Position numbers and translations under genes: made by a program. A stretch of DNA of 64,000 nt from Cenarchaeum sp. (GTDB lineage Archaea; Thermoproteota; Nitrososphaeria; Nitrososphaerales; Nitrosopumilaceae): the NCBI GenBank assembly GCA_965212015.1, contig OZ243037.1:1152001-1216000 (forward strand), given 5' to 3'. Positions within the stretch are counted from its first letter, which is position 1. Each line of letters starts with the position of its first letter. Of this stretch, positions 27,502-38,463 are shown one piece after another. The notes beneath the pieces were generated by a model. That model was not told the DNA's origin, searched no databases, and saw only the letters and a list, made by a program, of their open reading frames with translations.

Positions 27502-27654
27502 CGTGTCTCACCAACTGTTTTTATCCCGTCTTTATTTACACATATCCCGGTATTCACTCCCAACAGCTCAAATTAATTGATTTAAGTCTAGCTTAACCTC
27601 GTTAATTAATCGGGTTGAACAAGCCCTTTTATCTGATATGCGTATCATACACCA

Positions 27655-28017
27655 ATGACAGAAAAAAGATCTCTGGTGGCAAAGGACAGGGTAAGCCTGA
27701 AATGGCAGGCGCTGTTTTCGGTGATCGGCCTGCTTGACATCTGGGCGTTTTACAGGATTCAAAAGCTGCGCAGGGCCATGCTGCTTGTTGTGGTTCCCGG
27801 AATCATGGTGTGGTTTGTGGTGCCGGGACTGGTTTTGGGCGCCGGGCACGATATCGAGGGCTATGCAGAGATGGAGGAATATGACGAAGAGATTCACGAG
27901 CAGTATCTGCCGCCGTCTGTCCCGGTTTTGGGCACGGTAATTACCGTGGGATTCGCAGCGTGGTCGATATATCTGATCGTCAGATGGTCCAAGGAATGGA
28001 ACAGGCAGTTTGCGTGA
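27655..28017 (+). CDS. Membrane hypothetical protein
   Basis: Three hydrophobic segments; WAFYRIQKLRR and WSKEWN motifs. Confidence 0.7.
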   Translation: MTEKRSLVAKDRVSLKWQALFSVIGLLDIWAFYRIQKLRRAMLLVVVPGIMVWFVVPGLVLGAGHDIEGYAEMEEYDEEIHEQYLPPSVPVLGTVITVGFAAWSIYLIVRWSKEWNRQFA

Positions 28018-28177
28018 ATCATCCAGTCCTGTATGAGCGCCAGCCCGTGCAGGCAATCCCTTTTTTATGCCCGCAGACGCAGGGGTGCGTCATGCGCACA
28101 TTTGGCAGATGCGCGCGAATCGGCCTCGCGACTGGTACAGGCATAAAAAATATTAGTACAGGTCTGCAAAAAAACCC

Positions 28178-28651
28178 GTGAACAAGGCCGCACCTGCAAT
28201 AATCATACCGTCAGTCGCCATAGCAATCATTGCCATAGTCTTTGTGCTTCCCAGCCCCGAATGCGACGCGCAGGCGGATCCAGGCTGCGATCCCAAGGAA
28301 CACGACAGCGTGTGGTCAGGCCCCATCGGGGTGACAAAATACGAGCACAAGCTTGGCGATAACATTTATTTTTTGATCAGGAACCTGCAGCCGCACGAGA
28401 GCGGCGTCATGGGGGTGTTTACCCCAAACGGGATCCTGTACAAGACCATAGAGTATGACGGATCAAAAAAGTCCGACTTTAACCAGTTCTTCTTTCCGGA
28501 TACGACAAAGACGCTGGGCATCTGCACCCCCGAGGAGCTAGTCGGAATCTGGAAGGTCGTGTTTGCAAACGGGGCATACGCCCCGCTCGAGTTTGAGATG
28601 AGCGACCAGTACATCGGCGGCGGCGAAAAAATCGTAAATACCGTCTGCTAG
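28178..28651 (+). CDS. Membrane-anchored exported hypothetical protein
   Basis: N-terminal TM helix, Ig-like body, four Cys. Confidence 0.7.
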   Translation: MNKAAPAIIIPSVAIAIIAIVFVLPSPECDAQADPGCDPKEHDSVWSGPIGVTKYEHKLGDNIYFLIRNLQPHESGVMGVFTPNGILYKTIEYDGSKKSDFNQFFFPDTTKTLGICTPEELVGIWKVVFANGAYAPLEFEMSDQYIGGGEKIVNTVC

Positions 28652-28977
28652 CCGCCCAAGGAGTTGTGAAAGCAGGTGCGCTCGCCGGTGTGGCATGCGG
28701 GACCGGACGGCTCCACCACATAGATGATTGCATCAGAATCGCAGTCGACTAGGATCTCTTTGATTTTTTGTACATTGCCGGATTCCTCGCCCTTCATCCA
28801 CAGTTTTTTCCTTGATCTGCTGTAAAACCAAGAGTTGCCGGTTTTTTTTGCAAGCCTGAGGGACTCTTCGTTTGCGTACGCCAGAGTCAGAATCTCCCCG
28901 GTGGCGGCATCCTGCACTATAACGGGAACCAGGCCGCCGCTCTTTGCAAAGTCGACGTCACCGATTGTTCTTTCCAT
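28648..28977 (-). CDS. hisI: Phosphoribosyl-AMP cyclohydrolase
   Basis: [14 protein letters not shown] and [10 protein letters not shown]. Confidence 0.95.
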   Translation of the reverse strand: MERTIGDVDFAKSGGLVPVIVQDAATGEILTLAYANEESLRLAKKTGNSWFYSRSRKKLWMKGEESGNVQKIKEILVDCDSDAIIYVVEPSGPACHTGERTCFHNSLGG

Positions 28978-28999
28978 ATGGTTCCTGCCGAATGGTATC

Positions 29000-29800
29000 T
29001 TATAACCGTACAGGGATTTTTCTCTCCCGCAGCAGCCGCTTTGTCGCCGCAATCCCGTGCGAGTCATAGTGAAATATGGATGCGGCAAGGGCGGCATCCA
29101 CGCCGGAGCGCTCGAAAATCTCCGCCATGTGCTCCGGGCTGCCGCATCCGCCTGACGCAATCACCGGAACCGACACCGACCTTACAATCTCGGAGGTCAG
29201 CAGCGTGTCATAGCCGTCCTTTGTGCCGTCCCTGTCTATGCTGGTAAGCAGGATCTCACCTGCGCCCAGATCCTGCGCCCTTTTGGCCCACTCTATCGCA
29301 TCAAGGGACGTGGCAGTCCTGCCGCCGTATGAAAAGACCTCAAACCAGAATTTTTCGCCGTCCCGCCCAAAGGTGTTTTTGCCCCCCGCCGCGCGGTTTT
29401 TTTTGGCGTCAATTGCGACTACGATGCACTGCCTGCCGAACTGCGCCGACAGATCCGTGACGATTTGCGGGTTTTTGATGGCGCCCGTATTGATTGCCAC
29501 CTTGTCTGCCCCGCTTAGCAGAATGTCGCGCGCATGCTGCGGCGAGCTAATGCCGCCGCCGACGGTAAACGGAATGTCGATAACTTTTGCAATTTTTTTT
29601 ACAAGCTCAGTCATTGTCTTGCGGCCCTGCTGCGAGGCGGTGATATCCAGAAATACCAGCTCGTCTGCCCCCTCGTCGCTGTACTTTTTGGCCAGCGACA
29701 CGGGATCGCCTGCGTCCCTGATGGACTCAAAGTGCAGCCCCTTGACTACCCGCCCGTCTGCCACATCAAGGCACGGAATTATCCTCCTAGTCAGGGTCAT
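29000..29800 (-). CDS. hisF: Imidazole glycerol phosphate synthase, cyclase subunit
   Basis: [17 protein letters not shown] and DRDGTKDG. Confidence 0.97.
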   Translation of the reverse strand: MTLTRRIIPCLDVADGRVVKGLHFESIRDAGDPVSLAKKYSDEGADELVFLDITASQQGRKTMTELVKKIAKVIDIPFTVGGGISSPQHARDILLSGADKVAINTGAIKNPQIVTDLSAQFGRQCIVVAIDAKKNRAAGGKNTFGRDGEKFWFEVFSYGGRTATSLDAIEWAKRAQDLGAGEILLTSIDRDGTKDGYDTLLTSEIVRSVSVPVIASGGCGSPEHMAEIFERSGVDAALAASIFHYDSHGIAATKRLLRERKIPVRL

Positions 29801-30513
29801 GCTATCTTTTTTGCCTCCTCTATTGTGATCTTGTTCTCGTATAATGCCCTGCCCAGAATCACCCCGGATGCGTTGCAGTCCCGGACCGGCGCCAGATCAC
29901 CGATGCCTGATATTCCGCCGCTGGCGATCACATTGGCGCCGGCAATGGCACACGCGTCTTTGAGGCATGCCAGATCCGGCCCGCACATGGCCCCGTCCCG
30001 GTCCACGTTGGTAAGCAGAAACTCTGTAAATCCCGCCTTCAAAAAGCCCCGCATGCCCTCAAATAGATTCACGCCCGTGTCCCTTTGCCATCCATTAACC
30101 ATTATGCTTTTGCCCACGTGATCCACAGAGATGACTATTCTGTCGTGGCCGTATCTGGCTGCGATTTTTTTGAGCGTATCGCAGTCATCAAAGGCCATCG
30201 TGCCCAGGACAATCCTTTCAGAGCATCCCATGGCCTCGTCTGCCAGCGATTCGGTCCTCAGGCCGCCTGCAACTTGTACTGGAATGACAGTTTCCGCCGA
30301 TATCCTTTTGATCATTGAAAGGTTGGAGCCCCGTCCCAGCGTCGCGTCCAGATCCACCACGTGCAAAAAGTCGGCGCCTGCCTCCTCCCATTTTTTTGCG
30401 ACCAGTACAGGCTCGCTGCTGTATACGGTCCTGTCTTGCGGCCTGCCCCGGAGCAGCCTGACTACCTTGCCGTCCATCAGATCAATTGCCGCAATGACCT
30501 TCATTTCGAGCAC
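29797..30513 (-). CDS. hisA: ProFAR isomerase
   Basis: AAIDLMDGKVVRL, HVVDLD and QVAGGLR. Confidence 0.95.
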   Translation of the reverse strand: MLEMKVIAAIDLMDGKVVRLLRGRPQDRTVYSSEPVLVAKKWEEAGADFLHVVDLDATLGRGSNLSMIKRISAETVIPVQVAGGLRTESLADEAMGCSERIVLGTMAFDDCDTLKKIAARYGHDRIVISVDHVGKSIMVNGWQRDTGVNLFEGMRGFLKAGFTEFLLTNVDRDGAMCGPDLACLKDACAIAGANVIASGGISGIGDLAPVRDCNASGVILGRALYENKITIEEAKKIA

Positions 30514-31103
30514 TCTCTGAGAAAATTCTCCAGTATTATCCTGCCGGCCTTGCCGGATTTTTCCGGGTGAAACTGTGTGCCAAAAAAGCTGCCCATTTCC
30601 ACCACTGCGGGTATCCTGATTCCATAGTCCGAATCGGCCACCACTATGCCGTCGTCATCCGGCCTTGCGCTGTACGAATGGACAAAGTACGCCCACGCGC
30701 CGTCATCGACTCCGTCAAGAAGCCTGCCGGGACGCCTTAGCTCGAGATTGTTCCATCCCATGTGTGGGACCTTCATAGAGTCGGGAAGCACGACTATCTC
30801 GCCTTTGATTATTCCCAGTCCCCTCTCCTGGCCCTCCTGGCTCCTCTCAAAGAACATCTCCATTCCCAGGCATATTCCAAGTACCGGGGTCCTGCCGACA
30901 CACTCCCGGATTGCAGTAACCGAGTTTTTGATGCTCTTTATCGCGGGATCAAAGTTTCCCACGCCCGGAAGCAGGATTCCAGAGTGCCCGTGGCCGTCCT
31001 CAAGGCTTGTAACTATTGTGACCTGGGCACCTGCCCTTTCCAGCGAGTTTTTAAGCGAAAAAATGTTTCCCGCCCCGTAATCAAAGACTGCTACCTTGAC
31101 CAT
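30501..31103 (-). CDS. hisH: Imidazole glycerol phosphate synthase, glutaminase subunit
   Basis: DYGAGN, GICLG, PHMGWN and QFHPEKS. Confidence 0.97.
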   Translation of the reverse strand: MVKVAVFDYGAGNIFSLKNSLERAGAQVTIVTSLEDGHGHSGILLPGVGNFDPAIKSIKNSVTAIRECVGRTPVLGICLGMEMFFERSQEGQERGLGIIKGEIVVLPDSMKVPHMGWNNLELRRPGRLLDGVDDGAWAYFVHSYSARPDDDGIVVADSDYGIRIPAVVEMGSFFGTQFHPEKSGKAGRIILENFLRECSK

Positions 31104-31690
31104 TACATCCTACCTTTTGTGCTGGGAACTCCCTGTTTTGAATCCCTGGATGCGGCGGCTCTAAACGCGACTGCAAGCGATTTCATTGCGGATTCCACCT
31201 TGTGGTGGTCGTTCTCCCCGTACTTTACTGCAAGGTGTATGCAGGCGTTCAGGTTTTGCAGCAGGGATTCAAAAAAGTGCTCCAAATCCTCGCGCGGCAT
31301 GTCCTCTATTTTTGTCCTCTTGACTGACAGGGTTATTTTACAGTACTGCCTTTTAATCAGATCGACTGAAGCTTCTGCCAGCGACTCGTCCATCGGAACT
31401 GACGCATAGCTGAACCTGGCTATTCCGGAGCGCTTCCCCAGTGCGTCATCAATCGCACGGCCCATCGCTATTGCCGTGTCCTCAATCAGGTGGTGCGAAA
31501 TGTTGTCGCTGGATTTTGCCCTCACCGTCAGATCCAGCATTGCGTGCTTTCCAAAGGTGGAGATCAGGTGGTCAAGAAAGCTTATTCCGGTGTCCACGGA
31601 GGTCTTGCCCGTCCCGTCGAGGTTTACGTCGACTGATATGTCAGTCTCCTTTGTGGTTCGCTTTACCGTGCCTTTTCTCTGTGCAGCCAT
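31103..31690 (-). CDS. hisB: Imidazoleglycerol-phosphate dehydratase
   Basis: [21 protein letters not shown] and PSTKG. Confidence 0.97.
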   Translation of the reverse strand: MAAQRKGTVKRTTKETDISVDVNLDGTGKTSVDTGISFLDHLISTFGKHAMLDLTVRAKSSDNISHHLIEDTAIAMGRAIDDALGKRSGIARFSYASVPMDESLAEASVDLIKRQYCKITLSVKRTKIEDMPREDLEHFFESLLQNLNACIHLAVKYGENDHHKVESAMKSLAVAFRAAASRDSKQGVPSTKGRM

Positions 31691-31705
31691 GTCATGCGTA
31701 TCACA

Positions 31706-32656
31706 CTACTGATTTAATACCTTTGGCAGCAGGTCGATTGAGTCTATCGCCATGACGCCGTGCTTTTCAAACAGCGCCAGTTTTTTTTGCGGATCGGCGC
31801 TTGTGCCGGTTATTCCGCAAAACGTAGTCTTTACGCCCGCATCCGTGGCGCGCCTGGCCATGAGAAGATCCTCAAAGGAATCGCCCACGTACAGGCAGTG
31901 GCCAGAGCGCATCGCAGAGACTGAGCGGATTAGCGATTCCGGGTTGGGCTTGGCAAGGCTGCGCGGGTGATCCTCAAGAAAAAACGAGCTCGCCAGGTCA
32001 AACTCGTCGAGCATTGCGCCCAGCGAGCGCCTTATCGACTCTGCGCCGCGCCCGGAGACGATTGCCGTCTTGCCGCAGAATCTTGCCCGGAGGCGCGCCA
32101 AAAGATCCCATCCCAGTATCACCATGTCGTTTTCAATCAGGCCCGGCCCGGCAAAGGCGGATTTTTTCTTGAATATGCTGTAAAACATGTCCGGCCCGTA
32201 AAAGATTTGATTAAACGTTGCGTGCAGCAGACCCGTGCCGTCCCCGGGATAGTCCAGCTTTGCCCTAATCCCAGAGACGTCAGACGCATCCAGGTATTTT
32301 TCGACTGATTTTATTCCAGTGTCATCAGAGTTTTGAATCACACGCATGACAAAGTCGCGCGGATTACTTCCCGTGTTGCGCGCGGCTACCACCGAGAGTA
32401 TTGCGGCATACGTGAGGTCGACTTCGTCGTTGAACCCGCCGGTGGCCTTGAAGCCGTCTATAATCTCCGGGGTGACCGGCATTGGATCCGGAATCGCCGC
32501 CGCATTCTCCAGCACGTACCGTGCGGTTTTTTTTATGGTCAGGTCGTACGATTTGCGAATGTCCACTAGCACCCCGTCGCAGTCAAACACTACAGAGTCG
32601 ACTGAATCCAGCCGCCCCACGGCCTTTTTGTCCATGTGGATTCCGCCGGAGCTCAT
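31706..32656 (-). CDS. HAD-family hydrolase, likely histidinol-phosphate phosphatase
   Basis: FDCDGVLVD, KPNP and YVGDSFED; located inside the his operon. Confidence 0.85.
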   Translation of the reverse strand: MSSGGIHMDKKAVGRLDSVDSVVFDCDGVLVDIRKSYDLTIKKTARYVLENAAAIPDPMPVTPEIIDGFKATGGFNDEVDLTYAAILSVVAARNTGSNPRDFVMRVIQNSDDTGIKSVEKYLDASDVSGIRAKLDYPGDGTGLLHATFNQIFYGPDMFYSIFKKKSAFAGPGLIENDMVILGWDLLARLRARFCGKTAIVSGRGAESIRRSLGAMLDEFDLASSFFLEDHPRSLAKPNPESLIRSVSAMRSGHCLYVGDSFEDLLMARRATDAGVKTTFCGITGTSADPQKKLALFEKHGVMAIDSIDLLPKVLNQ

Positions 32657-33723
32657 CCCAGCAGATCCCTTATCGCAAGCAGGAATTTCGAATTCATGTC
32701 CCGGGTTCCAATGGTCACGCGCAGGCACCCCGTGTGTCCCCCGATCCTGCCTAGCTTTCTTATGGATATTCCCTGCTCGACGAGCGCAGTATAGACGTGT
32801 TTTTCTGCCCCGCGGGCGTCAAATAGCACGAAATTGGCCCGCGAGTCAAAGACGTCAAACGAGTCGTATTTTTTGAGGCTGTCTATCACCCTCTTGCGCT
32901 CCCCCACTATAGTTTTGACGGATTCCTTGAGGAGCTTTGCCTTTTGGAGCGAGGCAATGCACGCCTCGATTGCAACGGTATTCACCGGATACGGATACTG
33001 AATCACGCGCCTGAACGTGTCAGTAAAGAGCCGGTTGGCCACAAAATATCCCAGCCTCAGCCCGGCAAGGCCGAAGGATTTCGAAAACGTCCTGGTCACG
33101 ATCAGGTTGTCCAGCTTTTTTGTCCAGGGTACAGCCGAATAGTCCCCAAACTCCCCGTATGCCTCGTCTATAATTACGAGTCCGGCAAAGTTTTTCACCA
33201 GTCCTTCCAGCTCGGGCCTGGGAAACTGGAATCCCGTCGGGTTGTTGGGGACGTCCAGATACAAAATGTCGGCGCTTTTGGACTTGGCTGCGAATTTTGA
33301 GGCGTCAAGCGTCATGTCTTTTGAGAACGGAATGCGTGTCATCGGAACAGAGTACAGTGCGCACCTCTCCTCAAAGAATCCAAAGGTGGGATTCGACGTG
33401 AGGACCCTGGTCTGCCTTGATGCAAAACTGCCAAGTATGAGATCCAGGATTTGATCAGAGCCGTTTCCCACGCCGATCATCGACTGCGGCATCCTGAGGT
33501 GCCTTGAGAGCGACTCTGTCAGCCTTTGCACCCCGCCGAGCGGATACTGGCGCAGATCAGAGTTCTTGGCCGCCGCACTCAAAAGATCGTGCTGTGCCTG
33601 CCTTGGAATGACAAAATTCTCATTCGAGTCGAGCTTTAGCGCGCCGTCGTGTATAGGGGGGGGCACGTACCCGCGCAGCTCCGAGTATTTGGCGGTTTTT
33701 TTCTCAAACCAGCCGGCGTTCAT
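32653..33723 (-). CDS. hisC: Histidinol-phosphate aminotransferase
   Basis: LDSNEN, GNGSD, DEAY and RTFSKSFGLAGLRLG. Confidence 0.95.
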   Translation of the reverse strand: MNAGWFEKKTAKYSELRGYVPPPIHDGALKLDSNENFVIPRQAQHDLLSAAAKNSDLRQYPLGGVQRLTESLSRHLRMPQSMIGVGNGSDQILDLILGSFASRQTRVLTSNPTFGFFEERCALYSVPMTRIPFSKDMTLDASKFAAKSKSADILYLDVPNNPTGFQFPRPELEGLVKNFAGLVIIDEAYGEFGDYSAVPWTKKLDNLIVTRTFSKSFGLAGLRLGYFVANRLFTDTFRRVIQYPYPVNTVAIEACIASLQKAKLLKESVKTIVGERKRVIDSLKKYDSFDVFDSRANFVLFDARGAEKHVYTALVEQGISIRKLGRIGGHTGCLRVTIGTRDMNSKFLLAIRDLLG

Positions 33724-34991
33724 TGCAGCCTCTCCTCTAGCGCGGCATAGTGGTTTGGCAGGCCCTCAGATGACGTCAGGGTTTTCATGTGCGGGGCAAT
33801 CCTGGCAAGCTCGTCTGCGCTTGTCCTGACCTGGGTTCCAAGCTTTAGGAAATCCAGCACCGAGAGCGACCCGCGGGTTCTGCCGGCGCCGCCGGTTGGC
33901 AGGATGTGGTTTGATCCCAGCAGATAGTCGCTTGCGGCCGAAGGCGTGTTTGGGCCCAGCAGGACCAGGCCTGCGGCGTTTATTTTGGATCCAAGCGCGC
34001 CGGGGTTTTTGGTCATTATCTCAAGGTGCTCTGCTGCCAGTCTGTTGGCAAGGTCGATCATGTCTTTTTTTGTCCTGCAGACTGCAATAAACCCGTTTTT
34101 TTGCAGGCTGGCCCGAATTATGCCGCCCCTTTGCGCAGAGGCCGCCCTTTTATCCAGTATCGCGTCTATCTCTGATGCCTTTTTTGGCGAGTCAGTTATC
34201 ACGTGGCAAAAGGTGTCCCTGCTGTGCTCTGCCTGCGATATCAGGTCGGCGGCGACTAGCTGCGCATCAGAGGACGCATCTGCAATTATTCCCAGCTCCG
34301 TGGGGCCGGCAGTCATGTCGATTGCCTGGTGGCTGCCCACCTGCGACTTTGCAATAGTCACAAAGGCGCCGCCGGGGCCGACAATCTTGTCTACCGGCCG
34401 GATGGACGCAGTGCCGTACGAGAGGGCGCCGATTGCCTGCGCGCCGCCTGCCTTGTACACCTCTGTTGCGCCGCACATGTCGGCTGCAACAAGCGTCATG
34501 GGATCAATCCTGCCTGCCCCATCAGGCGGGGTGACTGCCACTATTCTCCCCACCCCCGCAATCCTTGCGGGAACAATCGACATTATCGCCGAGCTCGGAT
34601 ACCTGGCCAGCCCACCCGGAACATAGCACCCCACGCTTTGAATCGGAAAAAACGACCGGGATATGCTAGTTGCCCCGTCCCTTACCGTAAAGTCCTGCAG
34701 CTTGGATTTTAGAATCCTCTCCGAGTTCTCCAGGCGCCTCTTGACTCCCCTTATCGCCGCAGTCTCGCTTTTTGAGACCGCGCGATAGGCGCGCTTGATC
34801 TCTGTCTCAGATACCCGCAGTGATCTGGCGCCGGCGCCGAATTTTTTCTCGTATTTTTTGACTGCGGCGTCCCCGTTTTTTTGGACGTCGGCAAGTATGG
34901 CCCTCACCGTGCCTTGATCCCTTTTGGAATGGTCCCGCCGGGTCTTTGTGACAAACCCGTCCACGTTACGCACCGCAATGATTCTCATCAA
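33720..34991 (-). CDS. hisD: Histidinol dehydrogenase
   Basis: YVPGG, AGPTE, SQAEH and GSNHILPT. Confidence 0.96.
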   Translation of the reverse strand: MMRIIAVRNVDGFVTKTRRDHSKRDQGTVRAILADVQKNGDAAVKKYEKKFGAGARSLRVSETEIKRAYRAVSKSETAAIRGVKRRLENSERILKSKLQDFTVRDGATSISRSFFPIQSVGCYVPGGLARYPSSAIMSIVPARIAGVGRIVAVTPPDGAGRIDPMTLVAADMCGATEVYKAGGAQAIGALSYGTASIRPVDKIVGPGGAFVTIAKSQVGSHQAIDMTAGPTELGIIADASSDAQLVAADLISQAEHSRDTFCHVITDSPKKASEIDAILDKRAASAQRGGIIRASLQKNGFIAVCRTKKDMIDLANRLAAEHLEIMTKNPGALGSKINAAGLVLLGPNTPSAASDYLLGSNHILPTGGAGRTRGSLSVLDFLKLGTQVRTSADELARIAPHMKTLTSSEGLPNHYAALEERLQ

Positions 34992-35962
34992 TTTTCTTCG
35001 TCACGTTTTATCTCTTCGAGCTCCAGTATCTGGCGCGGTTCGTGAACCACCAGTCCCTGCGCGGTTTTCCGCAGTTTTGGAATGAGCTTGTGATAGTCGG
35101 ATTTTAGAATCACCGTGTTTACGCCGTACCAGCCGTCCTCGCTTAGCGGGCTTATCGTGGGACGTTTCAGCGACGTGATTCCATTTAGCAGCCGGTCTAG
35201 GTTCTTTTCCTCCACGTTTAGGTATATGTGCAGGTACTTGCGCCCGTGTACGGCGCCGCGCATGAGCGTGATAATGTCGAATATCTTTTCCCGCTTTGAG
35301 CTGTCTGCGAGTGATTTCCTGTTCACTATGAGGTGTGCGGTGGATTCAAGCACCTGATCTGCGATCTTTAGCTTGTTTTGCCTGAGTGTCGTGCCCGTCT
35401 CGGTGACGTCGATTATCGCATCGACGTCCTCTGGCGGCTTTGCCTCCGTTGCGCCAAAGGAGAGGTGAATCTGCACCTTTTCGTTTTTGCCAAGGCGAAG
35501 CCACGGCGTTACAATCAGGGGATCCCTTGCGCCGTAATATTTCTTGTAGGATTTTGACTGTTTGATGAACCTTGACGCAGTGGTAAGGTATTCAGACGAG
35601 ATTCGCAGTGTTTTTTTCCTTTTCGCATAATCGGCAATCATTGCATCGAGGTTCTTGTAGCGGTATTTGTCAGGAAAGGCCACCACCAGCTTTATTCTTC
35701 CGTACTCTAGATCCAGGACCGGCTTTGCGTCGGATTTTGTCTCCTCTATCCAGTCCATTCCGGTAATGCCCACGTCGTACAGGCCTTCTGATACCAGGGT
35801 GGGTATCTCTTGCGGCCTTAGCATCTTTACTATAATCTTGGGATCGTCAAGAAAGACCCTGTAGGTTCTGCTTTTTCTGTTTACCTTGGTCCACGACTTT
35901 TCAAGCATCTTGAATGTGGCATCCTCAAGGCTGCCCTTTGGTATGGCAAACTTTACTGACAT
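34988..35962 (-). CDS. hisG: ATP phosphoribosyltransferase (long form)
   Basis: AIPKGSL, GATE and DVTETGTTL; C-terminal PTISPL. Confidence 0.95.
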   Translation of the reverse strand: MSVKFAIPKGSLEDATFKMLEKSWTKVNRKSRTYRVFLDDPKIIVKMLRPQEIPTLVSEGLYDVGITGMDWIEETKSDAKPVLDLEYGRIKLVVAFPDKYRYKNLDAMIADYAKRKKTLRISSEYLTTASRFIKQSKSYKKYYGARDPLIVTPWLRLGKNEKVQIHLSFGATEAKPPEDVDAIIDVTETGTTLRQNKLKIADQVLESTAHLIVNRKSLADSSKREKIFDIITLMRGAVHGRKYLHIYLNVEEKNLDRLLNGITSLKRPTISPLSEDGWYGVNTVILKSDYHKLIPKLRKTAQGLVVHEPRQILELEEIKRDEEN

Positions 35963-35999
35963 TGCTGGATTTTTACCTAATAGCTATATAACATCGTGC

Positions 36000-37250
36000 C
36001 TAGAGCCGGCCTAGAATCCGGCCCGCCCCGTCTGCCGTCATGTCGTCCTGCTCGATCATTTTTGCCACTACCGTATCTATTTGGCCGGGTTTGGCACCTG
36101 CCGCGGCTGCGAGGTTTCTGGCATGAAGCCTCATGTGTCCCCTTTGGATTCCCTCATCAGAGAGGGCCCTCATCGCGCCAAAGTTCTGGGCCAGCCCGGC
36201 TGCTGCCATGACGCATGCCAGGTGTCCTGCCGATGTGACGCCGAGTATCTTTGTGCAGACCCTCGCAGTCGGGTGCGAGCCGGTTATTCCGCCAATGATT
36301 CCGACTGAGAGCGGAAGCGCAAGCTTGCCCGTCAGGTTTCCGCTCCCGTCCTTTGACCACTCGGTAAGCGAGCTGTACGAGGACCGGGCGGCATACGCGT
36401 GCGCTGCGGCCTCGATGGCCCTGCCGTCCTGCCCCGTTGCGTTGGCCACCGCAATAATGCCGTTCATTACGCCCTTGTTGTGCGTCACGGCCCTGTACAC
36501 GTCGTGCTTTGCAAACTGGTATGCAAGAAGCATCCTGTCGACTATCTCCCCGCCGCCTGTCGCGTCACGATCAAACGTGGCCGTGGCACTGACCATCCGT
36601 CCCGTGGAATAGTTCGAGAGTATCCGCAGTAAAGCTTTGCCGCCCGTAACCCTCTCAATTATCGGCGCTGCGGCCTCGCACATTGAATTGGTAACATTGG
36701 CGCCCATCGCATCGGCTGCGTCTATTGACAGCTCGACTATAAGCATCGGCCCCGCATCGGTTTTGATCTGCCTGCATGACACCTTTTTTGCCCCCCTGCC
36801 CATCCTTGAGAGCGTCCTGCTTTGCGAGTTTGCGGCACTTAGAATCTCGCCGGATGCAGCCTCAATCCCCGGTATTGCAGCGGAATTAGCACCAAGAATT
36901 TGTATTTGTCCAATGTTAAATGACCCGCCGGCCTCTGCAGAAAAGCCCCCGTGAATCCTTGCAATCTTTGCTGCCTTTGAGGCAGCTGCTACCACCGACG
37001 GCTCCTCGATTGCCATCGGGACAAGATAGTCCCGCTTGTTTATCGTGAAATTCGTGGCAATGCCAAGCGGCAGGGAGAATGTCCCGATCGCGTTTTCAGT
37101 CATCCTGTCTGCGTCGGCTCCCCGGATCCCCCCGGCATCATCGGTCAGAATCCGTGCCTCGTCACCTGACAGGCCGGCAAAGTCCCGGACTAGCTCCACC
37201 CTCTCCTTTTGGCTTTTTTCAAAAAATCCCGGAATCGAGGAGCTGGCCAA
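36000..37250 (-). CDS. HMG-CoA reductase, class II (degradative type)
   Basis: ENAIG, EEPSVVAA, DAMGAN, THNKG and GHMRLH. Confidence 0.93.
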   Translation of the reverse strand: MASSSIPGFFEKSQKERVELVRDFAGLSGDEARILTDDAGGIRGADADRMTENAIGTFSLPLGIATNFTINKRDYLVPMAIEEPSVVAAASKAAKIARIHGGFSAEAGGSFNIGQIQILGANSAAIPGIEAASGEILSAANSQSRTLSRMGRGAKKVSCRQIKTDAGPMLIVELSIDAADAMGANVTNSMCEAAAPIIERVTGGKALLRILSNYSTGRMVSATATFDRDATGGGEIVDRMLLAYQFAKHDVYRAVTHNKGVMNGIIAVANATGQDGRAIEAAAHAYAARSSYSSLTEWSKDGSGNLTGKLALPLSVGIIGGITGSHPTARVCTKILGVTSAGHLACVMAAAGLAQNFGAMRALSDEGIQRGHMRLHARNLAAAAGAKPGQIDTVVAKMIEQDDMTADGAGRILGRL

Positions 37251-37251
37251 T

Positions 37252-38355
37252 TTACCTCACTATCCTCACCAGCTTGTCGTCAAGGCCGTCCGGAAAGCCC
37301 TTTCCGTCGGTGTTGGAGGTAAGCACGTACAAAAACCCGTCGGGTCCCTCGCTTACGTCGCGGATTCTTCCAAGGCCGCCCAGGATGCTCTGCTCCATGT
37401 TTGCCTGTCCGCCATCCAGGTCAAGCTTGTAGAGGTTTGAGGTACGCAGGGAGGCCACCAGCATCTTGTCCTTTAGCGGAAGCCTGTCGCCGGAATATAT
37501 TTCGATTCCGCCCGGCTCTATTGCGGGATCAAAGCACGCAGCAGAGTCGGCAAAGCTCGAGTTTCCGGAGCACTGTTGTTCTGGCCACCCGTAATTCTGC
37601 CCGGGTATTATCAGGTTGATCTCGTCGTTTTTTGTGGGACCGGCCTCGCTTGAGAACATTGTTCCGGTCCTGTCCCATGCCATGCCGTGGATGTTTCTGT
37701 GTCCCAGGGTAAAGACCGGCGAGTCCTCAAACGGATTGTCCGCAGGTATCGTCCCGTCGTCGTTTAGCCTGAGTATTTTTCCCGCAAGCGAGTCTGCGTC
37801 CTGGGAGAGGTGTAGCGAGTCAGACACCGAGCCGGTGCCCACGTACAGCTTGCCGTCCGGGCCGAACTTTAGAACGCCGCCGTTGCTAAACTGTGAGCCG
37901 GGGATTCCGTCCAGTATCGTCTCTGCGTCCTCAAGCTTGCTGTCCTTTTCGGTTATCCTCAGTACCTTGTTCCACAGACTCCCGTCCTTGGCATACGTGT
38001 AATAGACGTAAAGAAAGCCGTTTTCTGAAAAATCCGGATGGGTGGCTATCCCCAGCAGTCCGCCGGCAAACACGTCGGCGGTTCGCAGTGTCGCCAGCGG
38101 TTCGTCCAGCAGAACCTGATCCTCGACTACGCGTATGTTCCCCTTTTTTTCCGTGACAAAGATTCTCTCGTCGCCAAAGGCGATATAGCGCGGTTTTTCC
38201 AGGTTTGATGCCAGGACTGTGACTGATTCGTTGCCAAGCTGTGTAGTTGACGGATCTGGAAGCGGCAGCGGATCAGACGGGGAGGTAAGGATGATTATCG
38301 AAAATGCCACTGCTCCAATAATTCCTGCTATGCGAAGGCGTTTGTCCACGTACAA
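37252..38355 (-). CDS. PQQ-dependent glucose/sorbosone dehydrogenase family protein
   Basis: GLLGIATHPDF, FGPDGKLY, GHRN and NYGWP. Confidence 0.9.
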   Translation of the reverse strand: MYVDKRLRIAGIIGAVAFSIIILTSPSDPLPLPDPSTTQLGNESVTVLASNLEKPRYIAFGDERIFVTEKKGNIRVVEDQVLLDEPLATLRTADVFAGGLLGIATHPDFSENGFLYVYYTYAKDGSLWNKVLRITEKDSKLEDAETILDGIPGSQFSNGGVLKFGPDGKLYVGTGSVSDSLHLSQDADSLAGKILRLNDDGTIPADNPFEDSPVFTLGHRNIHGMAWDRTGTMFSSEAGPTKNDEINLIIPGQNYGWPEQQCSGNSSFADSAACFDPAIEPGGIEIYSGDRLPLKDKMLVASLRTSNLYKLDLDGGQANMEQSILGGLGRIRDVSEGPDGFLYVLTSNTDGKGFPDGLDDKLVRIVR

Positions 38356-38463
38356 TGATCCGCCGGTTCCTATTAATTACTTTCAGCAAGTCGCAGGACC
38401 GCCCCGGATCTGCCCCGCCGGATTCCTCCACGGTGCAATCCGTCCCGGGCCGGCGATTCATGC

